Below, in pieces: positions 39,801-49,829 of a stretch of DNA of 64,000 nucleotides. This DNA comes from Candidatus Bathyarchaeota archaeon (GTDB taxonomy: Archaea > Thermoproteota > Bathyarchaeia > Bathyarchaeales > Bathycorpusculaceae). How positions within the stretch are numbered: position 1 is the first letter of the stretch; each line of letters begins with the position of its first letter. Location of the stretch: contig CAWHDT010000001.1 of the NCBI GenBank assembly GCA_963828195.1, forward strand, positions 160,001-224,000, read 5' to 3'. A model generated the notes under the pieces. It did no database searches. It was given only the letters and a program-made list of their open reading frames with translations, and was not told the DNA's origin. The position numbers and the translations under genes are program-made.

Positions 39801-40288
39801 CTGAAGCGCAGTTTGAAGGCTTCCAGTATACCACACCAGTGACAAACATAAATCTAGGCAACGCTAACAGCTCCTATAAAGAGTTCAAATCAATGATTGA
39901 AAAACTCAACATGCAACTTGAGTTAGGCGAAAAAATCGATGCAGTAGATGTCGAACGTGTCGCACTAAAAGTTTTAACCACTCATTTCATCAGAGACATA
40001 GCTGGGAATCTAAGGGCTTTCTCAACGCAAGCATTCAGGTGCAAATCATGCAACAAAAAGTTCCGTCGACTGCCCCTGAAAGGCAAATGCCCCTTCTGCG
40101 GCGGAAAGCTAACTCTCACCGTTTACCGGGGCGGCATCGAGAAGTATCTGGTGGCGGCTCAGCAGCTTGTTGACACCTACGGTTTACCTAACTATTACAC
40201 TCAACGCATGGACCTCATAAAAGAAGAAATAGCTTCAATGTTCGATAACAAAAAGCCAAAGCAAGCAAAACTTTTCGATTTTAATTAA
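36866..40288 (+). CDS. polC: DNA polymerase D large subunit DP2
   Basis: AGPIRSAGGT, GGFRLRYGRSR, GRMGRPEK, KRRDCDGDED catalytic motif, zinc fingers; no intein. Confidence 0.98.
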   Translation: MPRALNISKGYQNYVESMENELKRLYALSDSARSEGFDPSLKTECIVAQDIADLVEGLVGPKEVALSIRELSTKMQREEIAFKVAEEIVLGKFGHMEPEKAAEQAIRTALAVFTEGLTAAPIQGIAQVKIKTNADRTRYLAVYFAGPIRSAGGTDQALTLVVGDFVRSRLGLDKYKPTEEEVSRFIEELRLYERSVGRFQYHIPDDELKKALNLIPVECTGTESDPVEVSSYRNLPRVETNRVRGGALRVVNDGIVGRAQKVFVIIDKIGFQGWDWLREFKKKSEKKSGGFMDDVIAGRPIFAFPSRRGGFRLRYGRSRNTGLSAVGIHPATMLVVENFLAAGTQMRLELPGKGCVTLPVDTIEPPVVLLKDNSVVRVTLENFADVKGKVQKILFLGDILISFGDFLYTSKGLPPSGYVEEWWVKDLQQSLNAKFGSDYNKAAESTHVPKERLNWFIEDPFRNKPTTKEAILLSQRLGIPLHPAQTFFWSSLSGVEEVELLKKWLTSCEVALEDEVVCKISGEANEDTIKLLRRIFAPHKLMDNKILLEGEDAAAFAFCLGYAKPNVVSVVQDDGVFGALSLLSGVQVKDKAPTYVGGRMGRPEKAKRREMKPLVHVLFPVGLAGGTHRDLLEAAKQGHVFVEMVKRKCPNCKSYTLKVKCPSCGSATVTEKSCPRCGKALKESSCPTCKKEATQYQRQPVNFKEMVDAACKSINYPTPKMLRGVKGLINKDKTPEIIEKGLLRARHELSVYKDGTIRFDATNAPLTHFTPIEIGVPLEKIRKLGYCSDTHGAPLVDPNQVCELKVQDIVIPVQAGEYFLQIAAFIDDLLVRVYKLPAYYNVKKPEDLVGHLIFGLAPHTCACILGRIIGYTNRNVIYAHPIWHSAKRRDCDGDEDAIMLALDTLLNFSRVYLPDQIGGIMDAPILLIPFVNTKEVQRQAHDFDVDASYPLEFYKKTLEKAEVRSVSSIMDVISHRLGTEAQFEGFQYTTPVTNINLGNANSSYKEFKSMIEKLNMQLELGEKIDAVDVERVALKVLTTHFIRDIAGNLRAFSTQAFRCKSCNKKFRRLPLKGKCPFCGGKLTLTVYRGGIEKYLVAAQQLVDTYGLPNYYTQRMDLIKEEIASMFDNKKPKQAKLFDFN

Positions 40289-40348
40289 CCTAAAGCTTTT
40301 CAGTATAAACTGCTTGATATCTATCGGTGAACCCGAATTAAGGAAGCT

Positions 40349-40600
40349 TTGCATCCGAACGCTTACTTGAAAAACATAAGAAACGTAAGTTGCGGTCTTA
40401 AAGCGAGAACCAAAATATTAGAGGCGCTTGAAAGCAACCCCCACGATGCTGTGAGGCTTGCAAAAGAAACTTCTTTATCTTATGGTGTTGTTAGGCATCA
40501 CCTTCGGCTCCTTGAAAACGAAGGGATAGTTCACCGCAGAGGACGAAGACCCAGCTTTTGGGGTTCCACAGGTTTAGGGCAGAAACGCTTAGTCAGTTAG
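40349..40600 (+). CDS. ArsR-like winged-helix protein
   Basis: RTKILEAL...LAKETSLSYGVVRHHLRLLENEGIV. Confidence 0.85.
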   Translation: MHPNAYLKNIRNVSCGLKARTKILEALESNPHDAVRLAKETSLSYGVVRHHLRLLENEGIVHRRGRRPSFWGSTGLGQKRLVS

Positions 40601-40887
40601 AACGTGCATTGACATGGTGATTGTTGGCATTTTGGGCATTTGTGGTTGTATTTGTTGATAGCTGCTTTTTCAAGGTCAATTCCCATTATGTTAGCAAGAG
40701 ACGCAAGCCAAGCGATCACATCTGCAAATTCTTTCTCAGTAGCCTCTTTATCTGTTCCCTTTTTCAATTCTTCACCTAATTCCTCAACCTCATCAACAAG
40801 CCAATTGTAGGTTCCACTTGCCCCTCGTTCGCTGTCTCTTTTGAAGTATAGTTGACTCATCATTTCTTGGAATTCGCGTATATGCAT
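40597..40887 (-). CDS. MazG-like nucleotide pyrophosphohydrolase
   Basis: WLVDEVEEL, EFADVIAWLASLAN, C-terminal CPKC..PCQC; ATG at 40887. Confidence 0.9.
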   Translation of the reverse strand: MHIREFQEMMSQLYFKRDSERGASGTYNWLVDEVEELGEELKKGTDKEATEKEFADVIAWLASLANIMGIDLEKAAINKYNHKCPKCQQSPCQCTF

Positions 40888-41014
40888 AGACCCACCAAAC
40901 TTAGTGGTACTCTTAACTATGCGGAAGTTAAATATTTTGTAACAACCAAAAAAATTCTGAATCTGCGTAACATTAATTAATACAAATAATGCATTGAGAG
41001 GGCAGGGATATTTA

Positions 41015-41185
41015 GTGAGCACGAGACGAAAAAAGAAGAAAGATACCGGTCCAATGCCCGCCGCAAGTGCAGGGTTACTGAGGTTCTTTGAGGAAGAAAC
41101 CGAAGGAATAAAAATCAGACCTGAACTGCTTGTCGTCTTTGCTATATCGTTGATTGTCTTATCTGTTTTAGTGAAAATATTCTAG
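41015..41185 (+). CDS. secG: Protein translocase subunit Sec61beta
   Basis: AGLLRFFEEE..GIKIRPE followed by one TM helix. Confidence 0.92.
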   Translation: MSTRRKKKKDTGPMPAASAGLLRFFEEETEGIKIRPELLVVFAISLIVLSVLVKIF

Positions 41186-41201
41186 CAGTTTACCGCTTAC
41201 T

Positions 41202-41492
41202 TTAGCGCCTCGGCGAAGTGGCGTGTAACACTTCTATTCTTTGAACGGAGTTTAAATGAAGAAACAACTCGCTTCTTTCTTCTCGACTTGTAACCTGCGG
41301 GATAGGCTGAGCAATAGTAGATCTTAAAACAATTGCTTCGGCGTCCGAAAGCCAGATTCCTGAAGGTTCATGCGTCACGGCGGCTAAGACGCCTTCAAAA
41401 CCGTAAGCTGGATCAATAATGACTCTGATTTTTTTGCCCACATTTTTCTCCAGCATGTGAAATATTGAGAGGGGCAAATCTTGATCTGCCAT
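41202..41492 (-). CDS. Divergent Sm/Lsm-fold protein
   Basis: VGKKIRVII..YGFEGVL...IWLSDA and LFLHLNSVQRIE fit the Sm1/Sm2 pattern. Confidence 0.6.
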   Translation of the reverse strand: MADQDLPLSIFHMLEKNVGKKIRVIIDPAYGFEGVLAAVTHEPSGIWLSDAEAIVLRSTIAQPIPQVTSREERSELFLHLNSVQRIEVLHATSPRR

Positions 41493-41751
41493 AGACTTCG
41501 CAAACTAATACAATTGTTCTTCTAAAGATAAAACAGTTCCCCTGTAAAAGCACGTTAACTTCCTTCCTAAAAAACTCAAAGTCGCGTTTTGACCCATAGA
41601 AATTTGACTTGTTTGTGTTAAATTACAAATCGACATTTTTTGGGTTACAAAAAAATTTGTACTTTCCTACACTGATCGAGACATGCCGCATTTGTGGGGA
41701 CTAAATTTTAATAAGCTCTCTAATCCCATAAGGAAGCTTAAGAGTGAAAAT

Positions 41752-43572
41752 ATGGAGAACAAAAGTCAACTTAACCGTTCAATAGACAGCGCATCAAAAC
41801 ATTACTCCTCCATGTTTTCTCTTCCATCATTCAAAAACGCCGTCTTGCTTCTCGCAGCAGTTTGCATAATAGCCGGCCTCTCCACATCTTTTGTCTCCTC
41901 AACTTATGGATTGATCGATGCCTTAGCCTTTGGCATTTCACTTTTCGCGTTAACCATAGCAGCCGACTTGATAATAACCCAGCTGCTTCTAAGACAAGAC
42001 GTGATTTATTCGTTGCGCCGCACTTTGACGCTCTCTCTTGTAGGTTGGCTCTTCTGGCTCATTTTCATGCTCATAGGACTCGCCTTAAGTTTCCCTTTTG
42101 GATTTTTAACTTGGGTTAAACTATGCCTCATGGGCTACGCAGCCGTCATCACCCTTAGAGCCGTCGTGTTTATCGCAACCTCATCTGATGCAACCTGGAG
42201 AAAACTGGCGTCAGTTCTGCTTAACCCAATCCTTTGCGTAGCAGCGTTTGTTGTTTTTTGGGCTGAGGTTCCAGCGGTAAACTTGATTCAGATTTCACCT
42301 CTCTTAGTTCTCTTTCCAGTAGTCGCCTGCACGGCAGTTTTCGTTTTTATGTCGTCTCTGGAGCGTCTTGGTCGAAAGTTCTCGGTAGATTCTTTTCCCC
42401 TGTTTAGAGCCTTCATGCTTAACTGGGTGGATTCACTAAACAAGCCGCTTGAGGACCAATTTGAAAAAACAGGCGAAAACGTTGACGTCGAAGTTAATTT
42501 TCTCAAGTTCGATGCATCCAAGCCTAAAGCCGCCATCATAGTTCCGCAGGTTCATCCTGGCCCATTCAAAAACATCGGCAGCAGCCTCTTGCCGTCGCTG
42601 ATGAAGCAGGAATTCGAGAAAGAGTTCGGCTGCCAAGCCTGCGTTCCCTTAGGTATTCTGGGGCACGAGCTTGACTTAGCTTCCCAAGCGCAAAACCACA
42701 AAATAATCTCGCAGGTTATTGCTTCAGCCAAGTTTGCGGCGACATCGGATTTAGCTTCGCCCTGCGTTAAAGCCACTGAGGACGTCGCAACTGCCTCCTG
42801 CCAAATTTTCGGTGACACAGCCTTTGTTTCTTTCTCGCTTGCCCCAGAGACCACTGAAGATTTGCCGCAGGAGTTAGGTCGCATGGTTACTGAGGAGGCA
42901 TCTAAATACGGATTAAAGTCGGCAGTAGTGACTAACACCCATAACAGCATCACAGATGTGGTTGAGGTTGAGAAGTACGTGGATGCCCTGCAAACAGCGG
43001 CTTCCAAGTGCCTGCAGAAAGCCGTTTCGTTGCAGACTGAACGGTTCATGGTGGGGGCAGCCACCGTTTACCCCAAAGAGTTCACCCTGAAAGAGGGGAT
43101 GGGCGCAGGCGGCATTACAGCGACGGTTGTTCAGGTTGGTGAACAGAAAACCGCATATGTAGTAATCGACGGCAACAACATGATTTCGGGTTTAAGGGAG
43201 AAAATCCTTGTCGCTTTAACTTCGTTAGGGTTCAATGAAGGCGAGGTGTTCACCACGGACACTCATGCAGTAAGCGCCTTATCTTCTGGGCGGAGTACAC
43301 GGCGCGGTTACCACCCTGTCGGCGAAGTAATGAACCACGAGGTCCTTATACGTTACATCATTGATGTCGCCAAAAAGGCAGAGTCCACCTTGGAGTCGTC
43401 CAAAGCAGGAGCCGTTCACCTTGTTGTTCCACAGGTCAGAGTTATCGGCGAAACCCATCTTCAGGCTATATCTACGCTGGTTGACAAGTCGATTCAAAAG
43501 GCAAAACAAATGTTGCTTCCCATCTTCGGTTTAGAAGGGCTCATTTTAATTTTGCTTCTGCTGCTCTTTTAG
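41752..43572 (+). CDS. DUF2070-family membrane protein
   Basis: N-terminal TM bundle; VHPGPFKNIGSS, HELD, NTHNS, DGNNM, TTDTH. Confidence 0.9.
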   Translation: MENKSQLNRSIDSASKHYSSMFSLPSFKNAVLLLAAVCIIAGLSTSFVSSTYGLIDALAFGISLFALTIAADLIITQLLLRQDVIYSLRRTLTLSLVGWLFWLIFMLIGLALSFPFGFLTWVKLCLMGYAAVITLRAVVFIATSSDATWRKLASVLLNPILCVAAFVVFWAEVPAVNLIQISPLLVLFPVVACTAVFVFMSSLERLGRKFSVDSFPLFRAFMLNWVDSLNKPLEDQFEKTGENVDVEVNFLKFDASKPKAAIIVPQVHPGPFKNIGSSLLPSLMKQEFEKEFGCQACVPLGILGHELDLASQAQNHKIISQVIASAKFAATSDLASPCVKATEDVATASCQIFGDTAFVSFSLAPETTEDLPQELGRMVTEEASKYGLKSAVVTNTHNSITDVVEVEKYVDALQTAASKCLQKAVSLQTERFMVGAATVYPKEFTLKEGMGAGGITATVVQVGEQKTAYVVIDGNNMISGLREKILVALTSLGFNEGEVFTTDTHAVSALSSGRSTRRGYHPVGEVMNHEVLIRYIIDVAKKAESTLESSKAGAVHLVVPQVRVIGETHLQAISTLVDKSIQKAKQMLLPIFGLEGLILILLLLLF

Positions 43573-43644
43573 CCCGCCGCCAATTGCCCGTGCGTAAAGG
43601 TTAATATTGCTTCTTTCCTAGACGCTTAACTGGAGTTGTGTCCA

Positions 43645-44982
43645 ATGGTTGTTTATCCAAAAATTGTTGTTTCTCCGCCCGGCCCAAAAGCTAGAGAACT
43701 TGTTCAGAAAGATGAGCAGTTTGTTTCTCCATCATACACTCGCTATTACCCTCTTGTTGTTGAGTCAGCAAATGATTGCACAGTTAAGGACGTTGATGGA
43801 AACGAGTACATTGACCTTAACGCTGGCATATGCTGCATGAACGTTGGTCATGGCCATCCGCGTGTGGTTGAGGCGATAAAAAACCAATGCGACCGTTTTC
43901 TACATTACTCCAACACCGACTTCTACTACAAAGAAGCAATTAACCTAGCAGAGAAGCTTGTGAAAATTGCCCCGGGTGAATTTGAGAAGAAGGTCTATTT
44001 TGGAAACAGCGGCACCGAGGCAGTTGAAGCAGCAATCAAGCTTGCCAGATGGCACACGCGTAAACCATTATTCATCGGGTTCATAAACGCTTTTCACGGA
44101 CGAACAATGGGGTCGTTAGCTTTTACCGCCAGCAAACCAGCGCAGAGAAGCCATTTTTCTCCCCTTATGCCCGGTGTCTCTCATGTTCCTTACCCCTACT
44201 GTTACCGTTGCCCATTCAAGTTGGAACAGCCTAGCTGTAATTATTGGTGTGCAGACTTCATCGAAGAGCAAGTGCTGCAAAAATTTATGCCTCCTGAAGA
44301 TGTGGCAGCGATTCTTTTTGAACCAATCCAGGGCGAAGGCGGCTATGTGGTTCCTCCGCCAGAGTTTTTCCCAAAACTAAAAAAAATCGCTGACAAAAAC
44401 AGTTTGCTGCTAATCGACGATGAAGTACAATCTGGCATGGGTAGGACGGGGAAATGGTTCGCCATTGAACACTGGGGCATTGAGCCCGATATAATCTGCA
44501 CTTCAAAGGCTTTAGCTTCAGGCTTACCCATCGGCGCCACAATTGCTAAAGCGAAAATTATGGATTGGACAAGCGGTTCGCACGCGAGCACTTTCGGCGG
44601 AAATCCGCTGTCATGCGCTGCCGCAAACGCGGTTATAGATGTCATTAAGGAGCAGCAGTTACTGGATAACGCCAACAAGCAAGGTGCTTACGCATTGAAA
44701 AGGCTGGAGGAGTTGAAAGAAAACTGCGGTATCGTGGGGGATGTACGCGGTAAAGGTCTGATGATCGGCATTGAACTTGTTGAGAACATTGAAACAAAGA
44801 AGCATGCGCCCGAGAAGGCTTTTCAGGTCATTTTGCGGTCTTGGAAACGAGGAGTAGCCGTTGTTACTTGCGGTTCCTCCACGCTCAGAATTGCTCCGCC
44901 GCTTACTATACAAACTGACCTGCTGGACGCCGCTTTGGATATAGTTGAAGACACGATTAACGAGGTTGCGAAAGAAAGCTAA
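43645..44982 (+). CDS. Class III PLP aminotransferase (acetylornithine/4-aminobutyrate type)
   Basis: NSGTEAVEAA, FHGRT, EPIQGEGGY, DEVQSGMGRTG, SKALASG, STFGGNP. Confidence 0.95.
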   Translation: MVVYPKIVVSPPGPKARELVQKDEQFVSPSYTRYYPLVVESANDCTVKDVDGNEYIDLNAGICCMNVGHGHPRVVEAIKNQCDRFLHYSNTDFYYKEAINLAEKLVKIAPGEFEKKVYFGNSGTEAVEAAIKLARWHTRKPLFIGFINAFHGRTMGSLAFTASKPAQRSHFSPLMPGVSHVPYPYCYRCPFKLEQPSCNYWCADFIEEQVLQKFMPPEDVAAILFEPIQGEGGYVVPPPEFFPKLKKIADKNSLLLIDDEVQSGMGRTGKWFAIEHWGIEPDIICTSKALASGLPIGATIAKAKIMDWTSGSHASTFGGNPLSCAAANAVIDVIKEQQLLDNANKQGAYALKRLEELKENCGIVGDVRGKGLMIGIELVENIETKKHAPEKAFQVILRSWKRGVAVVTCGSSTLRIAPPLTIQTDLLDAALDIVEDTINEVAKES

Positions 44983-44983
44983 G

Positions 44984-45538
44984 CTATCTTGGCTTCACAT
45001 TTTTCTTTGTTCTGCGAGGCTTTCGCTTGAGTTCTGTGCCGCAAACTTGGCATTCTTTCGTTGAGCAGTTGGCAGGGTATTCCCGGTAACACGCTGGACA
45101 ATACCTTATCCACTCTAAAAGCCGCTTGATACCGAAAGTTGCGAGCGCCGAAAAATCCATTCCAAGCTGCGTGGCAACGTTTTGAATCGAATAGTCATCA
45201 GTTACAACTTGAGGGGTGAAACCCTCTGCTTTCAACTCCAAAGCCAACGACAAAAGCTGAACGTCGGTTTCTGATAATTTGAAAGAGTCACCTACTTTAC
45301 TTGCGGAGGCTTTTACTTTCCTCAAAAACTCTTCCGAAGGAGCTTTAACCGTCAACTTTCCACTTTCCAAGGCTGTTTTGAACCTTACCAAAACCATCGA
45401 GTCTTTTCTTATTTCTTCTTCAACCTTAGGAACGGTTACCTGCTCTTCGCTCAAAGAGAACGGGTCGAAGCCGGCTAAAAACGCAGAAGTGTCTAGAACC
45501 ATGACTCGTTTACGCAGGTCGCCACTTTGGTTTTTCAT
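44984..45538 (-). CDS. nob1: Nob1-like rRNA-processing endonuclease (PIN + zinc ribbon)
   Basis: VLDTSAF, LSETD, TDDYSIQNVA, CPAC...CQVCG. Confidence 0.92.
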   Translation of the reverse strand: MKNQSGDLRKRVMVLDTSAFLAGFDPFSLSEEQVTVPKVEEEIRKDSMVLVRFKTALESGKLTVKAPSEEFLRKVKASASKVGDSFKLSETDVQLLSLALELKAEGFTPQVVTDDYSIQNVATQLGMDFSALATFGIKRLLEWIRYCPACYREYPANCSTKECQVCGTELKRKPRRTKKNVKPR

Positions 45539-46374
45539 TCTGTTCCCTTAAAAAGTAGCCGGCTTTTCAGTCGGTCGTAAAAGTCATTTTCGAAGCGGAT
45601 GAAGGAAGTGACGTTTTTGGATGCTTTGACTTCTAAGGTTGGCTCTTTGCAGTTTATCTGTTTACGGTATTTTCCATCAATGAGAACAAGGATTTTCTTC
45701 GCTCTTATCACATTGAAAACGAGGGTGGAGTCTGCGGGGAAAACAAGCGAATGGAAGACTGTTAACGGGCAAATGGGAGTTAAAACTAAAGCACCTATTG
45801 TAGGGTCTAAAACTGGTCCGCCTGCAGAAAAAGAGTAACCGGTGGAGCCTGTTTCGGTGGCTACAATCAAACCGTCCGATTGGCAATTCAGAATAGGTTT
45901 GCCATCTTTACATATCTGGGTATAAAGTATTTTTGAAGGTTCACCTGCAGAAATAACTACATCGTTTAAGGCATCAGGCAACGTGTCTTCGCCCGCAATG
46001 ACGGATAGTTTTGCTGATTTTTCTATTTTGTAGTCGCCTTCAAGGATTTTATTGACCGATTCAAAAGCGTTTTTCGGTTCCACTTCAGTTAAGAATCCTC
46101 GGAGTCCCATGTTTATTGCTAAAATTGGCGGTTCAGGCTTAGCAAGGCCGATGCACGTCCGCAGGATTGTTCCGTCGCCGCCGATTGTTATTACGAAGTC
46201 AGTTTTCATCTGTGAAAGGGGAACCATTTCTTCATGTGTGGTGACTTTTCCAGATAACGTGTCTTCTAAGAATACTTTCAAGTCTTTCTTTTTTAAGTAC
46301 TCAGCCAACTCGTCTGTTAGCTTTAAAGCCTGTTTTTTATCGTCACGAGCGATTAATCCCACACTTTTGAACAC
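45535..46374 (-). CDS. nadK: NAD kinase
   Basis: GGDGT, GFL, ALND, DGLIVATETGSTGYSFSAGGP. Confidence 0.95.
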   Translation of the reverse strand: MFKSVGLIARDDKKQALKLTDELAEYLKKKDLKVFLEDTLSGKVTTHEEMVPLSQMKTDFVITIGGDGTILRTCIGLAKPEPPILAINMGLRGFLTEVEPKNAFESVNKILEGDYKIEKSAKLSVIAGEDTLPDALNDVVISAGEPSKILYTQICKDGKPILNCQSDGLIVATETGSTGYSFSAGGPVLDPTIGALVLTPICPLTVFHSLVFPADSTLVFNVIRAKKILVLIDGKYRKQINCKEPTLEVKASKNVTSFIRFENDFYDRLKSRLLFKGTE

Positions 46375-46651
46375 AATTTCACGGCTCTGTAAAATAGCGT
46401 AACCTTAATCTATATTAGCTCTTTCGGTTGAGACGCCTCTATTTTCCACATTTTCCTTCTTTTTCTTTGTTTATTTGCAAGAAGAAAGTTGATTTTCAAA
46501 TGCGATTGAAGCAAAAAGAGAGTGTTGACTGCTTTTTTGCTGGTTTTTAAAATTAATTATTTTAAGTAAATACAGAATTCTCTTCAGCGCATAAATTGAC
46601 AACGTTTATATGCGAATAAGAAAAACAAATCTTTGCATAGGATGAGTTATT

Positions 46652-48583
46652 ATGGGCAAGTCCCTTACTCGAAAGATATTAGAAAAACATCTTGTAGTAG
46701 GAGAATACGTAGCCGGTACAGAAATCGGAATAAAAATTGATCAAACCCTGACCCAAGACGCCACGGGAACGATGGCTTACCTTCAGTTTGAGGCAATGGG
46801 TTTGAAACAGGTAAAGACCGAGCTTTCCGTGAGCTATGTGGATCATAATACCATCCAAGTGGGTTTTGAGAACGCTGACGACCACAAGTACCTCCAAACG
46901 GTGGCAGCCAAATATGGCGTTATTTACTCGAAGGCGGGAAACGGAATTTGCCATCAAGTTCATCTGGAAAGGTTCGGTATACCAGGCAAGACGCTTCTAG
47001 GTTCCGACAGCCATACTACGACGGGCGGCGGGATTGGCATGGTAGCAATTGGGGCTGGCGGGCTCGATGTTGCGGTAGCTATGGGCGGAGGAGAGTTCTA
47101 CTTAACTTGTCCAAAAGTATACAAAATAAACCTCAAAGGCAGTCTTCAGCCTTGGGTAAGCGCCAAAGACGTGGTTTTGAAGATTCTAGAGATGTTCACT
47201 ACAAAAGGCAATGTCGGCGTCATCATGGAGTATGATGGACCAGGAGTAAAAACTCTGTCTGTTCCTGAGAGAGCAACAATAACCAACATGGGCGCAGAGA
47301 TGGGTGTCACAACCTCTATATTCCCCTCAGACGAAGAGACCCGAAAGTTCCTCAAGGCGCAGGGCAGGGAGAAAGATTGGGTTGAACTAAAAGCTGACGC
47401 TGATGCTGAATACGATAAGGTCGTGGAGTTTGACCTTGGCGCGGTCGAGCCTCTTGCGGCGGCGCCGCATAGCCCAGGCAATATAGTGCGGGTCAGCGAC
47501 ATGAAAGATATGAACGTGGACCAAGTGATGCTTGGCTCCTGCACCAATTCATCCTACAAAGAAATAGCCACCGCCGCTAAAATCATGAAAGGCAAAAAAG
47601 TTCACCCCGACGTGTCATTCGGAGTGGCACCGGGTTCAAGACAAGTTCTCCAGATGGCGACACGAGACGGTTACATCGGTGACCTGCTGGATTCCGGCGC
47701 TAGAATGTTGGAGGCGACGTGCGGATTCTGCATAGGCAACAGTCAAAGCCCGAAATCAACCGGCGTTTCCCTTAGGACAAGCAACAGAAATTTCGAGGGA
47801 AGAAGCGGCACCCAAGACGCACTAGTCTACCTTGTAAGTCCTGAAGTCGCAGCTGTTTCAGCTATAACTGGAAAAATAACGGATCCACGAAAAGCCGGAA
47901 TAGAGTACCCGAAAGTTAGCATGCCAACAAAATTCCTAATAGACGATTCAATGTTCATTTTCCCTAAACCTCAAGACAAGGACATTGAAATTGTCAGAGG
48001 ACCCAACATAGGTTCACCGCCAGTTAACGACAAACTGCCCGATGACATAAAGGGTAACGTCGGGATAAAAGTGGGCGACAAAATCACAACAGACCACATA
48101 ATGCCCGCAGGCGCCAGACTCAAGTACAGATCCAACGTGCCAAAGTACTCAGAATTTGTCTTCGAACAGATTGACCCCATGTTCTCCAAGAGAGCTATGG
48201 ACGCCAAGAAAAAAGGATTACACACTATAATAGTCGCCGGCGAATCTTACGGTCAAGGAAGCTCCAGGGAGCACGCCGCACTATGCCCTATGTATCTAGG
48301 CGTAAAAGCAATTGTAGCCAAGTCAGTTGAGCGGATCCACGCAGCGAACCTTGTAAACTTCGGCATAATCTCGTTATCCTTCAAAAACATGGCGGACTAT
48401 GACAAGGTAGAGCAGGGCGACGAGATCGAAATACCCAACGTAAAAAAGAAATTGCAAAACAACGAGCCAGTCATCTTGGTTGACAAGACCAAGAACCTGA
48501 AAATCGAGCTTGGATACAGCCTTTCCCAGAGGCAAAAAGACATTCTTTACGAGGGCGGTTTGCTTTCGTACACGGTGAAGTAA
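46652..48583 (+). CDS. acnA: Aconitate hydratase
   Basis: QDATGT, DHN, GICHQ, DSHT, GSCTN, CGFCIG, NRNFEGR, TTDHI, GSSREHA; fused swivel domain. Confidence 0.95.
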   Translation: MGKSLTRKILEKHLVVGEYVAGTEIGIKIDQTLTQDATGTMAYLQFEAMGLKQVKTELSVSYVDHNTIQVGFENADDHKYLQTVAAKYGVIYSKAGNGICHQVHLERFGIPGKTLLGSDSHTTTGGGIGMVAIGAGGLDVAVAMGGGEFYLTCPKVYKINLKGSLQPWVSAKDVVLKILEMFTTKGNVGVIMEYDGPGVKTLSVPERATITNMGAEMGVTTSIFPSDEETRKFLKAQGREKDWVELKADADAEYDKVVEFDLGAVEPLAAAPHSPGNIVRVSDMKDMNVDQVMLGSCTNSSYKEIATAAKIMKGKKVHPDVSFGVAPGSRQVLQMATRDGYIGDLLDSGARMLEATCGFCIGNSQSPKSTGVSLRTSNRNFEGRSGTQDALVYLVSPEVAAVSAITGKITDPRKAGIEYPKVSMPTKFLIDDSMFIFPKPQDKDIEIVRGPNIGSPPVNDKLPDDIKGNVGIKVGDKITTDHIMPAGARLKYRSNVPKYSEFVFEQIDPMFSKRAMDAKKKGLHTIIVAGESYGQGSSREHAALCPMYLGVKAIVAKSVERIHAANLVNFGIISLSFKNMADYDKVEQGDEIEIPNVKKKLQNNEPVILVDKTKNLKIELGYSLSQRQKDILYEGGLLSYTVK

Positions 48584-48601
48584 CATTAGAGGGTGATTCA
48601 G

Positions 48602-49819
48602 ATGGACAAAATCAAGGTTAAGAACACAATTGTAGAGATAGACGGAGACGAAATGACCCGAGTAATGTGGCATATGGTCAAAGACGAGCTTCTTCTGCCC
48701 TACTTAGACATGAACATAGCTTACTATGACCTGCAACTGAAGAAAAGAGATGAAACTGACGACAAAATAACCCTCGAGGCGGCTGAGGCAATTAAAAAAT
48801 ACGGTGTTGGAGTAAAGTGCGCCACTATTACGCCGAACAAAGAGCGGGTTAAGGAATATCACCTTAAGCAGGAATGGCAAAGCCCCAACGGAACTATCAG
48901 GGCGGCGCTTGACGGCACAGTCTTCCGCGCTCCTATTCTAGTAAAAAACATTCCCCCTTCCGTCAGGTCTTGGACGAAACCCATCCACATCGGAAGACAT
49001 GCCTATGGCGACGTTTACAAGAACTGCGAGTTCAGGGTGCCTGAAGCTGGAAAAGCTGAGTTAACCTTCACGAACGCCGCCGGCAAGGAACTTTGGCGCG
49101 GCACTATTCAAGATTTCAAAGGTCCAGGCATCATCCAAGGAATCCACAACACCGACAAATCCATAACAAGCTTCGCAAAGGCATGCTTCACCTACGCTTA
49201 TGACCAAAAGCTTCACTTGTGGTTCGGCGCAAAAGACACGATTTCAAAAACTTATGACGCTCAATTCCGCAAGATATTCGAAGAGGAATACCAGAATAAT
49301 TGGAAGGCAAAATTCGAAGCGGCGGGTCTTGACTATTTCTTCACCCTCATCGACGATGCGGTCGCCAGAATAATGAAGGCAGAGGGCGGCATGCTTTGGG
49401 CTTGCAAAAACTACGATGGCGACGTCATGAGCGACATGCTCGGCTCAGCCTACGGCAGCCTAGCGATGATGACCTCAGTTCTTGTTAGCCCTCAAGGATA
49501 CTACGAGTTTGAAGCTTCTCACGGGACCGTTCAGAAGCACTATTACAAGTATATGAAGGGTGAAAAGACCTCAAGCAACTCTATGGCTCTAATATTTGCG
49601 TGGACAGGCTGCCTCAAAAAGAGAGGCGAATTAGACCAGACACCAGAAGTCATAAAGTTCGCAGAGAAGCTCGAAGAGGCGGCTCTTGAAACTGTCGAAA
49701 GCGGCATAATGACGGGCGATTTAATGGTTGTTGCCAAACCGGACCCGAAGAACAAGAAGGTCTATACAGAGGAATTCATTGCCGAAGTAGCAAAAAATCT
49801 CAAGAAAAAGCTTGAATAA
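48602..49819 (+). CDS. icd: NADP-dependent isocitrate dehydrogenase (type II)
   Basis: [45 protein letters not shown]. Confidence 0.96.
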   Translation: MDKIKVKNTIVEIDGDEMTRVMWHMVKDELLLPYLDMNIAYYDLQLKKRDETDDKITLEAAEAIKKYGVGVKCATITPNKERVKEYHLKQEWQSPNGTIRAALDGTVFRAPILVKNIPPSVRSWTKPIHIGRHAYGDVYKNCEFRVPEAGKAELTFTNAAGKELWRGTIQDFKGPGIIQGIHNTDKSITSFAKACFTYAYDQKLHLWFGAKDTISKTYDAQFRKIFEEEYQNNWKAKFEAAGLDYFFTLIDDAVARIMKAEGGMLWACKNYDGDVMSDMLGSAYGSLAMMTSVLVSPQGYYEFEASHGTVQKHYYKYMKGEKTSSNSMALIFAWTGCLKKRGELDQTPEVIKFAEKLEEAALETVESGIMTGDLMVVAKPDPKNKKVYTEEFIAEVAKNLKKKLE

Positions 49820-49829
49820 GGGATAAGAC

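Noticed and set aside
36866-40288. Intein in DP2
   Set aside because: Length and motifs are continuous around KRRDCDGDED; no intein termini
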